Notes under the pieces: generated by a model
What the model was told of the DNA's origin: nothing
What the model saw: only the letters and a program-made list of their open reading frames with translations
Database searches by the model: none
Assembly (NCBI GenBank): GCA_034521955.1
Contig: JAXHLT010000003.1
Coordinates: 153,778-217,777 of the forward strand
Length of the DNA: 64,000 bases
Reading direction: 5' to 3'
Source: Halanaerobiales bacterium
GTDB taxonomy: Bacteria > Bacillota > Halanaerobiia > Halanaerobiales > M55B127
Part shown: positions 30,663 to 40,727 of the stretch, piece after piece
How the letters are laid out: the number at the start of each line of letters is the position of its first letter
How positions within the stretch are numbered: the first letter of the stretch is position 1
Position numbers and translations under genes: made by a program

Positions 30663-32002
30663 TGAAGAGTGTTGCTTTTTATACCCTTGGTTGTAAGGTT
30701 AATCATTATGAAACTGAGGCAATGATGGATAATTTTAAAAATGCAGATTATAAAGTAATTAATTTTGATCAGAAGGCAGATATATATATAATTAACAGCT
30801 GTACAGTTACTAATCAAGCTGCAAGTAAATCGAGAAAATATGCTCGTCGTGCTAAAAGAAGAAATAATGATGCAAAGGTTATTATGGTTGGATGTTATCC
30901 ACAAGTAGATAAAGATGAAGTAAAAGAAGTTACAGAAATAGATTATATATTAGGTACTTCTGGTAAAAGTAATATTGTGAATTTAGTTGAAGAAAAGTTA
31001 GGTATTCAAAATAATATAAAATTACTTAAAGATAATAAAGAGTATGCAACATTATCAGAGTTTGAAGAAATGAACATTGATGATTTAACTGAAACAACAA
31101 GGGCATATATAAAAATTCAAGAAGGCTGTAATCAGTTTTGTAGTTACTGTATAATACCTTATGCAAGAGGAAGCCTTAGAAGTAGGAAACCCAAAAATAT
31201 TATCAAAGAAATCAAAAATTTAGTTAATAATCATGGTGTAAAGGAAGTTGTATTAACTGGTATTCACCTTGGTGCATATGGAATAGAAGATAATAATCAG
31301 TATGCTCTAACTGAATTAATAGAAAAACTTACTTTAATAAAAAGATTAAACCGAATAAGATTAAGTTCTATTGAAGTTACTGAGGTAAATGATAGATTAC
31401 TTGATCTAATTAAAACAAACAAAAAGGTTTGTTCACATCTTCATATTCCTTTACAAAGTGGTTCTAATAAAATACTTAAAAAAATGAATAGACCGTATAC
31501 AGTTGAAGAGTTTAAAAACAGAGTTAAGGAGTTCAGAAAAAATATACCAGACCTTGCAATTACAACTGATGTAATAGTAGGTTTTCCAAAAGAAAGTATA
31601 AAAGAGTTTAGAGAAAGCTATAAATTTATAAAAGAAATCGGGTTTAGCAGGTTACATGTTTTTCCTTTTTCCAGAAGAAAAAACACTCCTGCCTATGACA
31701 TGAAGCCAAAGGTTAAGGGAAATATTAAAACCAAAAATGCTAAAAGATTACGTTTGTTGAATAAAAGACTTATGTATGAATATAATTCAAAATACATTGG
31801 CAAGACTAAAAAGATTATTGTTGAAAATAATAAAGATCAAAAGACTGGTCTGTATACAGGATATACTGACAATTATATAAAGGTCTTAGTAGATGCAAAA
31901 CCAGAAGATATTGAAAAAATTAAAAAAGTTAAAATAACAAGGTGTAATAGCTATGACACAGTTATAGGTAATATTTTGAAAAAAGAGGATTTTAATGGAT
32001 AG
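30662..32002 (+). CDS. mtaB: tRNA t6A37 methylthiotransferase MtaB (MiaB-like radical SAM)
   Basis: N-terminal UPF0004 Cys triad (LGCKVN..NSCTV..GC), radical SAM CNQFCSYC motif and a TRAM-like C-terminus. Confidence 0.85.
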   Translation: MKSVAFYTLGCKVNHYETEAMMDNFKNADYKVINFDQKADIYIINSCTVTNQAASKSRKYARRAKRRNNDAKVIMVGCYPQVDKDEVKEVTEIDYILGTSGKSNIVNLVEEKLGIQNNIKLLKDNKEYATLSEFEEMNIDDLTETTRAYIKIQEGCNQFCSYCIIPYARGSLRSRKPKNIIKEIKNLVNNHGVKEVVLTGIHLGAYGIEDNNQYALTELIEKLTLIKRLNRIRLSSIEVTEVNDRLLDLIKTNKKVCSHLHIPLQSGSNKILKKMNRPYTVEEFKNRVKEFRKNIPDLAITTDVIVGFPKESIKEFRESYKFIKEIGFSRLHVFPFSRRKNTPAYDMKPKVKGNIKTKNAKRLRLLNKRLMYEYNSKYIGKTKKIIVENNKDQKTGLYTGYTDNYIKVLVDAKPEDIEKIKKVKITRCNSYDTVIGNILKKEDFNG

Positions 32003-32040
32003 TAAAGAATAATATATAGTACGGAAGGAGGGATATAGTT

Positions 32041-32385
32041 GTGACTGATTGCTTATTTTGTAAAATAGCAAATAAAGAAATGGATACCGATTTAATCTAT
32101 GAAGATGAGAAAGTAGTAGTTTTTGAAGATATTAATCCACAGGCTCCAGTACATCTATTAATTGTTCCTAAAAGCCATACTGAAAATATTATTGAATTAG
32201 AAGACGGCGAATATGATATAATAGCTCATATTCATAAAGTGGCTGTTAAAATGGCAGAAAAATATAATCTGACTGATGAGGGTTTTAGAATTGTTAATAA
32301 CAATTTAGAAAAAGCCGGTCAGACAGTCTTTCATATTCACTACCATCTTCTTGGAGGTAGAGAAATGCAGTGGCCACCAGGATAA
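32041..32385 (+). CDS. HIT-family (histidine triad) nucleotide hydrolase
   Basis: CLFCKI N-terminus and the histidine triad HIHYHLL. GTG start after SD GGAAGGAGGG. Confidence 0.85.
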   Translation: MTDCLFCKIANKEMDTDLIYEDEKVVVFEDINPQAPVHLLIVPKSHTENIIELEDGEYDIIAHIHKVAVKMAEKYNLTDEGFRIVNNNLEKAGQTVFHIHYHLLGGREMQWPPG

Positions 32386-32408
32386 AATTGAAAAAAGAGG
32401 TGGAAAAG

Positions 32409-33701
32409 ATGTTAAAAAACAAAATATTATTAGTTTTAATTATATTACTATTATTTACATTTAACCTAAACGCACAAGACATTGTCTATCAAATACCTAT
32501 CGAGGGTGATATTGATCAGGCAATGTTTTCTTTTTTTCAAAGGGGTTTTAACCAAGCCGAAGAAAATAATGCTGATATTATAATTATAAAGATTGATACT
32601 TATGGAGGATATGTTGATCCAGCAATAAAGATAAAAGATATTATTTTAAATTCAGATACCAAAACAGTTACCTTTGTATCAAATAGAGCATGGTCTGCTG
32701 GTGCTCTTATTGCTATCTCAGGAGAACAAATGATTATGCAGCGGGGTAGCAGTATTGGAGCAGCTGAAACAAGACCAAATGAAGAAAAGTATATTTCAGC
32801 CTTAAGAAAAGAATTTAAATCAACTGCAGAAGCAAGAAATAAAAATCCTGAATTAGCTGCTGCTATGGTCGATGTTGATATAGAAATAGAAGGTATTATT
32901 GAAAAGGAAAAATTATTGACCTTAACTGCAGAAGAAGCAGTTGATAATAATATATCAGACTATATGGTTGATAATACAGAAGGATTATATCAATATTTAA
33001 ATATTAGTGGTAATCAGGTAAATGTACTTAAATTAACAACTTCTGAAAAATTTGCTAAAGTAGTAACAAATCCATATATAAGCACATTTTTGTTAATAAT
33101 TGGTTTTAGTGCTTTAATTTTTGAATTACTAGTACCAGGTTTTGGGTTCGGAGGTACTATTGGATTAATTTCATTAGGTATGTTTTTCAGTGGTTATGTA
33201 ATAAATGGCATAGCAAGCTGGGGAATAATATTACTATTTTTAGTAGGTTTATTATTAATCCTTCTTGAAGTTTTTGTAGTACCTGGTTTTGGAATAACAG
33301 GTATTGGAGGAATAGCTTCAATATTAATTAGTTTATATTTCTTATTCCCGACCCCACAAATTGCAATAAATATTATAGCAACAACTTTAATTGCTACGAT
33401 AGTTGCAACATATTTTATTGCAAAATATTTTGAAAGTTCAAAAATATGGTCCAAAATATCCTTAGGTACCAGTCAGACAATAGAAGTCGGGTATGTAGCA
33501 TCAATTGGGAATAAAAAAGTAATAGGCAAAAAAGGAATAACTGTAACTCCTCTTAGACCTGCCGGAATTGCTGAAATTGAGGGTAAAAGAGTTGATGTAG
33601 TTAGTGAAGGAGGTTTTATTGATAAAGAAGAAAAAATAAAGGTTATTGATGTAAGGGGAAGCAAAGTTTTAGTACAAGCATATAAAGAGGGGGAAAATTA
33701 A
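32409..33701 (+). CDS. NfeD-family membrane-bound ClpP-class serine protease
   Basis: Signal peptide, ClpP-like domain (TYGGYVD...NRAWSAGALIA), TM block and a C-terminal NfeD OB domain. ATG at 32409 follows SD AGAGGTGG. Confidence 0.8.
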   Translation: MLKNKILLVLIILLLFTFNLNAQDIVYQIPIEGDIDQAMFSFFQRGFNQAEENNADIIIIKIDTYGGYVDPAIKIKDIILNSDTKTVTFVSNRAWSAGALIAISGEQMIMQRGSSIGAAETRPNEEKYISALRKEFKSTAEARNKNPELAAAMVDVDIEIEGIIEKEKLLTLTAEEAVDNNISDYMVDNTEGLYQYLNISGNQVNVLKLTTSEKFAKVVTNPYISTFLLIIGFSALIFELLVPGFGFGGTIGLISLGMFFSGYVINGIASWGIILLFLVGLLLILLEVFVVPGFGITGIGGIASILISLYFLFPTPQIAINIIATTLIATIVATYFIAKYFESSKIWSKISLGTSQTIEVGYVASIGNKKVIGKKGITVTPLRPAGIAEIEGKRVDVVSEGGFIDKEEKIKVIDVRGSKVLVQAYKEGEN

Positions 33702-34688
33702 ATGACATTAGTATCAATATTAACAATTTTTGCTGTAATTGCATTTATTATATTATTTTTTTATTTCATCCCATTAGGGTTATGGATTTCTGCAATTGCA
33801 GCTGGTGTAAAAATAGGGTTTTTTAATTTAATTGGAATGAGATTGAGAAGGGTTGTACCTTCATCAATTGTTGGTCCTTTAATTAAATCACATAAAGCTG
33901 GTTTAGATTTAACTAGTGATAAGCTTGAGGCCCACTATTTAGCGGGTGGAGATGTAAATAAAGTAGTAGATGCTTTAATAGCTGCTCAAAGAGCAGAGAT
34001 ACCATTACCATTTGAAAGAGCAGCTGCAATTGATCTTGCTGGTAGAGATGTATTAGAAGCAGTAAAAATGAGTGTCAATCCTAAGGTGATTAAAACACCT
34101 TTAGTTACAGCAGTAGCAAGAGATGGAATTCAGGTTATGGCAACTGCTAGAGTTACTGTTAGAGCTAATATAGAGAGACTTGTTGGTGGTGCAGGTGAAG
34201 AAACAGTCCTTGCACGTGTCGGAGAAGGAATTGTTACAACAGTTGGTTCTGCAAATACACATAAAAAAGTACTTGAAAATCCTGACTCTATTTCCAAAAC
34301 AGTTTTAAATAAAGGATTGGATTCAGGAACAGCTTTTGAAATACTTTCGATCGATATTGCTGATGTTGATGTTGGTAAAAATATTGGTGCACAGTTACAA
34401 ATCGATCAAGCTGAAGCAGATAAAGAAATAGCTCAAGCTAAAGCTGAAGAAAGAAGAGCAATGGCAGTAGCGAAAGAACAAGAAATGAGAGCTGAGGTAC
34501 AAGAAATGCAGGCAAAGGTTGTTAAAGCTGAGGCTGAAGTTCCACTAGCTATTGCAGAAGCATTTAGAAGTGGTAACTTAGGAGTAATGGATTATATGAA
34601 GTATAAAAATATTAAAGCTGATACTTCGATGAGAGAAGGAATCTCTCAATTTAGTGGAGATGAATCTGAAGGAGATAAAGAGGAATAA
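33702..34688 (+). CDS. floA: Flotillin-like protein FloA (UPF0365/YqfA)
   Basis: N-terminal TM hairpin, an SPFH-like core, an Ala/Glu-rich coiled coil, and pairing with nfeD. Confidence 0.85.
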   Translation: MTLVSILTIFAVIAFIILFFYFIPLGLWISAIAAGVKIGFFNLIGMRLRRVVPSSIVGPLIKSHKAGLDLTSDKLEAHYLAGGDVNKVVDALIAAQRAEIPLPFERAAAIDLAGRDVLEAVKMSVNPKVIKTPLVTAVARDGIQVMATARVTVRANIERLVGGAGEETVLARVGEGIVTTVGSANTHKKVLENPDSISKTVLNKGLDSGTAFEILSIDIADVDVGKNIGAQLQIDQAEADKEIAQAKAEERRAMAVAKEQEMRAEVQEMQAKVVKAEAEVPLAIAEAFRSGNLGVMDYMKYKNIKADTSMREGISQFSGDESEGDKEE

Positions 34689-34703
34689 AAAGAAGGTGTA
34701 AAA

Positions 34704-35075
34704 ATGGATGAAATATTCAGCTATTGGCCATTATTAATTTTCGGTTTAGCAATTTTATCTAGAATTATGAGAACTGTAAATAATAGGCAGAATAAGGTTA
34801 TAAAAAAATCAGAACTTGATACTAAATCACAAAAGAATAAACAAAACCAAAGTGAAAATTTTAGTTTTGATAAAGAAGATAATATGAGTTATCAAAAAGA
34901 AGAACCTAAAACTTCTGTTCAAAAGCGAAATTTAACAAGTAAAAATAAAATTAAAAAAATAAAAATTAAAAAAGTAAAAAAACAAAAAAATAGTCATATA
35001 ATAAGAAATAAAGATGATCTAATTAGAGGAATTATCGTAAAAGAAGTGTTAGATAAGCCAAAATTTATGGAATAA
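34704..35075 (+). CDS. Hypothetical N-terminally anchored Lys-rich protein
   Basis: One N-terminal TM helix, then a long K/N/Q-rich low-complexity region. SD AAGAAGGTG lies upstream. No family recognised. Confidence 0.5.
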   Translation: MDEIFSYWPLLIFGLAILSRIMRTVNNRQNKVIKKSELDTKSQKNKQNQSENFSFDKEDNMSYQKEEPKTSVQKRNLTSKNKIKKIKIKKVKKQKNSHIIRNKDDLIRGIIVKEVLDKPKFME

Positions 35076-35112
35076 AGTAACTAATAAAGTTAATAATACT
35101 TAATAATATAAC

Positions 35113-35143
35113 AAACACACCTCATTATGGGGTGTGTTTTTTT
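35113..35143 (+). terminator. Intrinsic terminator after the nfeD-floA cluster
   Basis: AAACACACC-TCATTATGG-GGTGTGTTT followed by a T run. Confidence 0.8.
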
Positions 35144-35223
35144 AATTTTAGTCGATAATAAGTTGTTATATTAGTAATTTACATCTATTTAATAACATAT
35201 TAAAGATAAATATAATAGAAGTG

Positions 35224-35252
35224 TTGAATTAATAGTCAAATTATGTTATATT
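35224..35252 (+). promoter_or_regulatory. SigA-type promoter of ccpN-glpX
   Basis: TTGAAT (35224-35229), 17-nt spacer ending in TGT, TATATT (35247-35252). Confidence 0.55.
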
Positions 35253-35287
35253 ATTTTGTGAATACTAAATTAATTAGGAGGTGTCGT

Positions 35288-35896
35288 ATGGAATTATCTA
35301 AAAGACAAAAAGAAATTATCGAAATAGTGAAAAAACAGGGACCTGTTTCTTCTAAAAAAATTGCTGATAATCTTGGTTTGTCCAGAGCAACAATTAGATC
35401 AGACTTATCCATTTTATCTATGTTAAATATATTAGATGCAAAACCTAATGTAGGTTATTATCTGATACAGGAAGATTATCAATTAAGAGATATTGAAAGA
35501 CTATACAAAAAAAATGTAAGTGAAATTATGAGTGATCCTATTCAGGTTGAGGAAAAAACTAGTATATATGATACTATAGTTAAAATGTTTTTAGAAGATG
35601 TTGGCTCTATAGTTGTTATAAATGATAAAGGAAAGTTAAGTGGAGTAATATCCAGGAAAGATCTTTTAAAGATGAGTATAGGTCAAAGTAATTTAAAAAA
35701 TACACCTGTTAGTTTAGCAATGACAAGAAAACCGAAAATAATTTCTGTAACCCCCGAAAGTACATTTATAGATGCTGCTAGAAAAATAAGATACCATAAA
35801 ATTGATTTTCTTCCAGTAATCAAAAATGATGATGAAGTTGTAGGTAGGATTAGTAAAACAACTATTATAAAAGAATTTATAGACTATATAGACTAA
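35288..35896 (+). CDS. ccpN: CcpN-type repressor (HTH plus two CBS domains)
   Basis: MELSKRQKEIIEIVKKQGPVSSKKIADNLGLSRATIRSDL HTH followed by a CBS pair, the same architecture as B. subtilis CcpN (YqzB). ATG at 35288 follows SD AGGAGGTG. Confidence 0.75.
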   Translation: MELSKRQKEIIEIVKKQGPVSSKKIADNLGLSRATIRSDLSILSMLNILDAKPNVGYYLIQEDYQLRDIERLYKKNVSEIMSDPIQVEEKTSIYDTIVKMFLEDVGSIVVINDKGKLSGVISRKDLLKMSIGQSNLKNTPVSLAMTRKPKIISVTPESTFIDAARKIRYHKIDFLPVIKNDDEVVGRISKTTIIKEFIDYID

Positions 35897-35919
35897 TTTT
35901 TAAGGAGTTGAAATATAAG

Positions 35920-36924
35920 ATGAAAAGACAACTAGGATTTGAATTTGTAAGAGTTAGTGAATCAGCTGCTTTAGCTGCTGCTCCATGGATGGGGAAGGGC
36001 TGCAAAAAATGTGTTGATGGTGCAGCTGTTGATACAATGAGAAAAGTTTTTGATACTATGGAGATTAATGGTACCGTAGTAATTGGTGAAGGAGAAAAAG
36101 ATGAAGCTCCTCACCTTTATATAGGAGAAGAAATTGGAGATGGAAGAGCAGAACCACAATTAGATATTGCAGTAGACCCTGTTGAAGGTACTACATTAGT
36201 TTCAAAGGGTTTACCAAATGCATTGGCAGTTGTTGTAGTTGCAGAAAGACATAGTCTTTTACAAGCTCCTGATACATATATGGATAAAATAGCTGTTGGT
36301 CCTAAAGCTAAAGGTAAAATTAATCTAGATGCTTCTGTGGAAGATAATTTAAGAGCAGTAGCAGGTGCAGTAAATAAAAGTATAAAAGATCTAACTATTG
36401 TTGTCTTAGATCGACCAAGACATAAAAAATTAATTAATGATATACGATCAATTGGTGCTAGAATTAAGTTAATTAGTGATGGAGATGTAGCTGGAGGTAT
36501 TGCTACTGGACTATCAGATTCTGGAGTAGATATGATGATGGGAATTGGGGGAGCAACTGAAGGTGTTTTAACAGCGGCAGCACTCAGATGTTTGGGTGGA
36601 GAAATACAGGCTAGGCTAAAACCAAGAAATGAAAAAGACCATCAAAAAGCAAAAGATTTAGGTATAGAGGATGTTGATAAACTTTACTTTACCGAAGACC
36701 TTGCACAAGGAAAAGACATTATCTTTTCTGCTACTGCAATAACTGATGGTGATTTATTACAGGGTTTAAGATATAGTCAAAATAGTGCTACATCTCATAC
36801 AATGCTTTTAAGAAGTAAAACAGGTACTGTCAGATTTATTAAAACTAATCATACAATCACAAGAAAACCAGAATACTTTCCTAAAGATATATTCAACCCA
36901 GATTTTAGTAATTTAATAGAGTAA
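35920..36924 (+). CDS. glpX: Fructose-1,6-bisphosphatase class II (GlpX)
   Basis: AALAAAPWMGKG, IAVDPVEGT, VLDRPRH and GIGGATEGVL blocks are typical of GlpX. Confidence 0.9.
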   Translation: MKRQLGFEFVRVSESAALAAAPWMGKGCKKCVDGAAVDTMRKVFDTMEINGTVVIGEGEKDEAPHLYIGEEIGDGRAEPQLDIAVDPVEGTTLVSKGLPNALAVVVVAERHSLLQAPDTYMDKIAVGPKAKGKINLDASVEDNLRAVAGAVNKSIKDLTIVVLDRPRHKKLINDIRSIGARIKLISDGDVAGGIATGLSDSGVDMMMGIGGATEGVLTAAALRCLGGEIQARLKPRNEKDHQKAKDLGIEDVDKLYFTEDLAQGKDIIFSATAITDGDLLQGLRYSQNSATSHTMLLRSKTGTVRFIKTNHTITRKPEYFPKDIFNPDFSNLIE

Positions 36925-36952
36925 TATTTTTTAATATAATATATTTGAAATT

Positions 36953-36994
36953 ACCAGCCACTGCTTATAAGATAAGCTTTAGGCTGGTTTTATT
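36953..36994 (+). terminator. Hairpin terminator after glpX
   Basis: Outer stem ACCAGCC/GGCTGGT, inner stem GCTTAT/ATAAGC, then TTTTATTT. Confidence 0.6.
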
Positions 36995-37147
36995 TGTCTT
37001 ATATACTTGTTTCATAACTTATATGTGTTATAATATTCATAGTGTACTTTATTCATAAAACTATTTGTAAATAATGGAGGAATATTTTAATTCCTATTGA
37101 ATAAATTAAAAGTAGGTTAAAAAAATGTAGTTATGAGGAGGGATCCG

Positions 37148-38110
37148 GTGGTACCGGTTAAAGATAGTTTTGATATAAGTGATTATCATGTTTCAAGAAA
37201 TGTTTTTGGTAATAAAGATAAAAATATTAAAATAATAGAAGAAATGCTTAATGTTAAAATAATAGCAAGAGGAAGTAATGTGAAAATTGAAGGCAAAAAA
37301 AATGATGTTAAGTTAACTAAGAGAGTTATTGAAGAAATGGTTAAGTTAGCAGATACAGGAAAAAATATTGATAAAAGTCAGGTCAAGTATGCTGTTGAAT
37401 TATTAAGTAAGAATAATAGTATGGATTTAGGAAACCTTTATGATGAGGTATTACAAGTGAATTTTAAAGGTAGAAAAATAAAGGTTAAAACTTTAGGGCA
37501 AAAATATTATGTAGAAGCAATAAAAAATAATGATATTGTTTTTTCTATTGGTCCGGCAGGTACGGGGAAAACATATTTGGCTATGGTAATGGCTGTAAAA
37601 AGTTTGCTTAATAAAGACGCCAATAGAATTGTATTAACCAGACCTGCAATTGAGGCTGGAGAAAAACTAGGATTTTTACCTGGAGACATGCAGGATAAAG
37701 TAGATCCTTATTTAAGACCATTATATGATGCATTATATGATATACTAGGACCAGAAAAAGTGAGTCAGTATTTAGAAAAAGATATTATTGAAGTGGCACC
37801 TCTAGCATATATGAGAGGGAGAACTTTAGATGATTCTTTTGTTATTTTGGATGAAGCTCAAAATACGACTCCAGAACAGATGAAAATGTTTTTAACAAGA
37901 ATAGGTTTTAACTCACATGCGGTAATTACTGGAGATATAACACAAATTGATTTACCTCGCAGTTCAAATTCTGGTTTAAATCAAGTAAGGAAAATATTAA
38001 AAAATATAAAAGGTATTGAATTTGTATACCTTACTAACCAGGATGTAGTTAGACATGACCTTGTAAAAGATATTATTAAGGCATATGAGAGGCATGAAAG
38101 TGGGAAATAA
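37148..38110 (+). CDS. phoH: PhoH-family ATPase
   Basis: Walker A GPAGTGKT and the ILDEAQN motif. In-frame GTG at 37148 sits 5 nt after SD GAGGAGGG; the ATG at 37133 has no SD. Confidence 0.9.
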   Translation: MVPVKDSFDISDYHVSRNVFGNKDKNIKIIEEMLNVKIIARGSNVKIEGKKNDVKLTKRVIEEMVKLADTGKNIDKSQVKYAVELLSKNNSMDLGNLYDEVLQVNFKGRKIKVKTLGQKYYVEAIKNNDIVFSIGPAGTGKTYLAMVMAVKSLLNKDANRIVLTRPAIEAGEKLGFLPGDMQDKVDPYLRPLYDALYDILGPEKVSQYLEKDIIEVAPLAYMRGRTLDDSFVILDEAQNTTPEQMKMFLTRIGFNSHAVITGDITQIDLPRSSNSGLNQVRKILKNIKGIEFVYLTNQDVVRHDLVKDIIKAYERHESGK

Positions 38111-38112
38111 TT

Positions 38113-40272
38113 ATGCAAATTATTGAGCATATTAAAAAGAAGGTCAATAAATGGTTTGATTTTGATATAAAATTAGATAGTGTTTATAAAAGAAGAATTA
38201 GTTTGATTGTCTTTTTTATAGTCTTAACAATTATATTAACTTTTAACTTTTTTCCTAATCAAATAGACCTAGAGGTCGGTCAAGTTAGTAGAAGTGATAT
38301 AATAGCTCCACGAACTGTTACATTTGTTGACCAACAAAAAACAGAACAGTTAAGAGAAGTTGCTGTAGAGTCAGCATCAAAAGTATATGAAGAAGATACC
38401 TCAGTAAATAGAAGTATCTTAAATGGCATTGATAATCTCTTTAGTATTGTAATAGAAACAAAAAATAATATAGAAAGTACTGAAGGTTTTCAAATAAACA
38501 ATACATTTTTAACTGAAATTAAGTCTAATAATCAATTAGAAATCAGTATAAATGATTTGAATTTGTTATTAAAGTCTGAAATTGATAAAATTAATTCATT
38601 ACACAACAGTTCAAAAGATATTATGGAAGAGGTTTTACAGGAAAGAATATTTCCCGAGAATCTTATAGAAACAAGAAACAGAATAAATCAACTGGCTTTA
38701 GAAACCAGTTTTGAAAGAGAATATAGACTTCTCTTGGCAAACATACTTACAAATTATGTAGAACCCAATATGATATTAGATTTAAAAGCAACAGAACAAA
38801 GACAACAGGAGGCCTTAAGTGAAATAGAGCCTGTTGAACGAACAGTATTAAAAGGTGAAAACATAATACGTAAAGGTGATATTGTATCACAAGATGATAT
38901 GCGAGTTTTAGAGGCATTGGGTTTAAGAAAACCTAATATTAACTTTGTAAACTTGCTTGGAGTGTTAATTACCTTAACTGTTTTAGTTTTACTTTTAGGA
39001 TATTATATTAAAAACTATGAAAATAATATTTGGAAAAATTTAAATAAATTAATTTTGATAGAATCATTAATTATTTTAGTCTTACTTTTGGCAAAAATAA
39101 TAAGTTTATTTCAATCTAATTTTGTGGTATATTTAGTTCCAGCAGCTATTGCATCAATATTGATAACTGTATTAATTAATACCAATATTGCTTTAGTTGT
39201 AACTACATTTATAAGTTTTTTAGTTGCTATGATTTTTGGTAATTTATATATTGCTGCAGCTATAGTATTTGTTGGTGGACTTGTAGGGATAATAAGTGTT
39301 AGTGATGTAAGTCAAAGAAGTGATCTTATAAAAGCCGGATTTAATGTTAGTGTTGCATTAGTTATTTTTATTACTGGTTTAACATTAATGGATTTTACAA
39401 ATAATTGGATTGAGTTATTATGGGTAGTTTCTATGGGTATATTAAATGGTATATTTGTTGCAATTCTAGCAAATGGTTTGTTACCATATTTAGAAAATAT
39501 ATTTGATCTAACTTCATCTGTAAAATTATTAGAGTTATCCAATCCCAGCCATCCGTTATTAAAAAGGCTATTAGTTGAAGCTCCTGGAACTTACCATCAC
39601 AGCATAATTGTTGGAAATTTAGCTGAAAATGCTGCTGATAAAATTGGGGCAGATTCTTTACTTACAAGAGTAGGAGCATATTTTCATGATATAGGTAAAT
39701 TAAAAAGACCATACTTTTTTTCAGATAATCAATTTGGTGGAGATAATCCTCATGACAGGACATCACCCAACTTAAGTTCTTTAATTATAAAATCACATGT
39801 AAAAGATGGAATGGAGTTAGCAAATAAATATAACCTGCCAAGAGCGATAAAAGATATTATAGTACAACATCAGGGTACAGGACTTATCTCATTTTTCTAT
39901 AAACAAGCAATCGAGAAAAGTAAACATGGTAGTATAAAGGAAAGTGATTTTAGATACGATGGTCCCAAACCTCAGACTAAAGAAGCAGCTTTAATAATGT
40001 TATCTGATACAGTGGAGGCTGCCGTTAGATCAAAAAACTTTAACAGGAATAATCACAACCGTATAGAAGTATTTGTTAAGGAGTTAATTAGAGAAAAATT
40101 AAATGATGGACAGTTAGATGAGTCATCATTAACATTAAATGAATTAGATCAAATTGCAGATAGTTTTGTACAAATACTAACTGGAATTTATCATAAAAGA
40201 ATTGAATATCCTGATAATTTAGCAAAAGAGTTTAAAAAGGATGATAAAAATGATCAAAATGGAAATAAATAA
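38113..40272 (+). CDS. pgpH: 7TM-receptor/HD-domain phosphodiesterase (PgpH/YqfF family)
   Basis: Extracellular N-terminal domain, 7 TM helices and an HD domain (HHSIIVGNLAE...FHDIGK). Confidence 0.85.
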   Translation: MQIIEHIKKKVNKWFDFDIKLDSVYKRRISLIVFFIVLTIILTFNFFPNQIDLEVGQVSRSDIIAPRTVTFVDQQKTEQLREVAVESASKVYEEDTSVNRSILNGIDNLFSIVIETKNNIESTEGFQINNTFLTEIKSNNQLEISINDLNLLLKSEIDKINSLHNSSKDIMEEVLQERIFPENLIETRNRINQLALETSFEREYRLLLANILTNYVEPNMILDLKATEQRQQEALSEIEPVERTVLKGENIIRKGDIVSQDDMRVLEALGLRKPNINFVNLLGVLITLTVLVLLLGYYIKNYENNIWKNLNKLILIESLIILVLLLAKIISLFQSNFVVYLVPAAIASILITVLINTNIALVVTTFISFLVAMIFGNLYIAAAIVFVGGLVGIISVSDVSQRSDLIKAGFNVSVALVIFITGLTLMDFTNNWIELLWVVSMGILNGIFVAILANGLLPYLENIFDLTSSVKLLELSNPSHPLLKRLLVEAPGTYHHSIIVGNLAENAADKIGADSLLTRVGAYFHDIGKLKRPYFFSDNQFGGDNPHDRTSPNLSSLIIKSHVKDGMELANKYNLPRAIKDIIVQHQGTGLISFFYKQAIEKSKHGSIKESDFRYDGPKPQTKEAALIMLSDTVEAAVRSKNFNRNNHNRIEVFVKELIREKLNDGQLDESSLTLNELDQIADSFVQILTGIYHKRIEYPDNLAKEFKKDDKNDQNGNK

Positions 40273-40678
40273 TCAGCAAGAAAAGATTGATATTGATAAA
40301 AACCTTTATAAAGACTTTAAAAATATTATTACTAAAGCTACTGAAATGGAAGGTTATGATGGTGGTGAAATAAGTGTTGCTTTAGTTGATAACGCAAAGA
40401 TAAGAGAATTAAATAAAAAGTTTCGTAAAAAAGATGAAGTAACTGATGTACTGTCATTTCCTATGGATGAAGAAATATTAGGTGATATAATTATTTCTGC
40501 TGAAAGAGCATTAAGTCAGTCAAAAGACTATGGACATTCTTTTAAACGAGAGATATGTTATTTGGTTACACATGGTATATTACATTTATTAGGTTATGAC
40601 CATAAAAATGAAGGCGAAAAAAAAGAGATGAGAAAAAAAGAAGAAAGAATTTTAAAGGAATTAGAAATTAAAAGATAA
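40241..40678 (+). CDS. ybeY: rRNA maturation endoribonuclease YbeY
   Basis: Zinc motif HGILHLLGYDH. Alternative in-frame ATG starts at 40250 and 40259. Overlaps the end of pgpH. Confidence 0.9.
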   Translation: MIKMIKMEINNQQEKIDIDKNLYKDFKNIITKATEMEGYDGGEISVALVDNAKIRELNKKFRKKDEVTDVLSFPMDEEILGDIIISAERALSQSKDYGHSFKREICYLVTHGILHLLGYDHKNEGEKKEMRKKEERILKELEIKR

Positions 40679-40727
40679 TAATAATTAAAGTACTGTAATT
40701 GGATCTTGAACTGGAGGGCATTTAAGA

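Noticed and set aside
30308-30904. 198-aa ORF on the minus strand
   Set aside because: It is antisense to the rsmE/mtaB junction. It has no recognisable domain and no SD, and its composition matches a shadow frame.
34941-34990. Very A-rich tract (AAAAATAAAATTAAAAAAATAAAAATTAAAAAAGTAAAAAAACAAAAAAA)
   Set aside because: It is in frame and codes for the Lys-rich tail of ORF 34704-35075. I found no evidence of a frame change across it.
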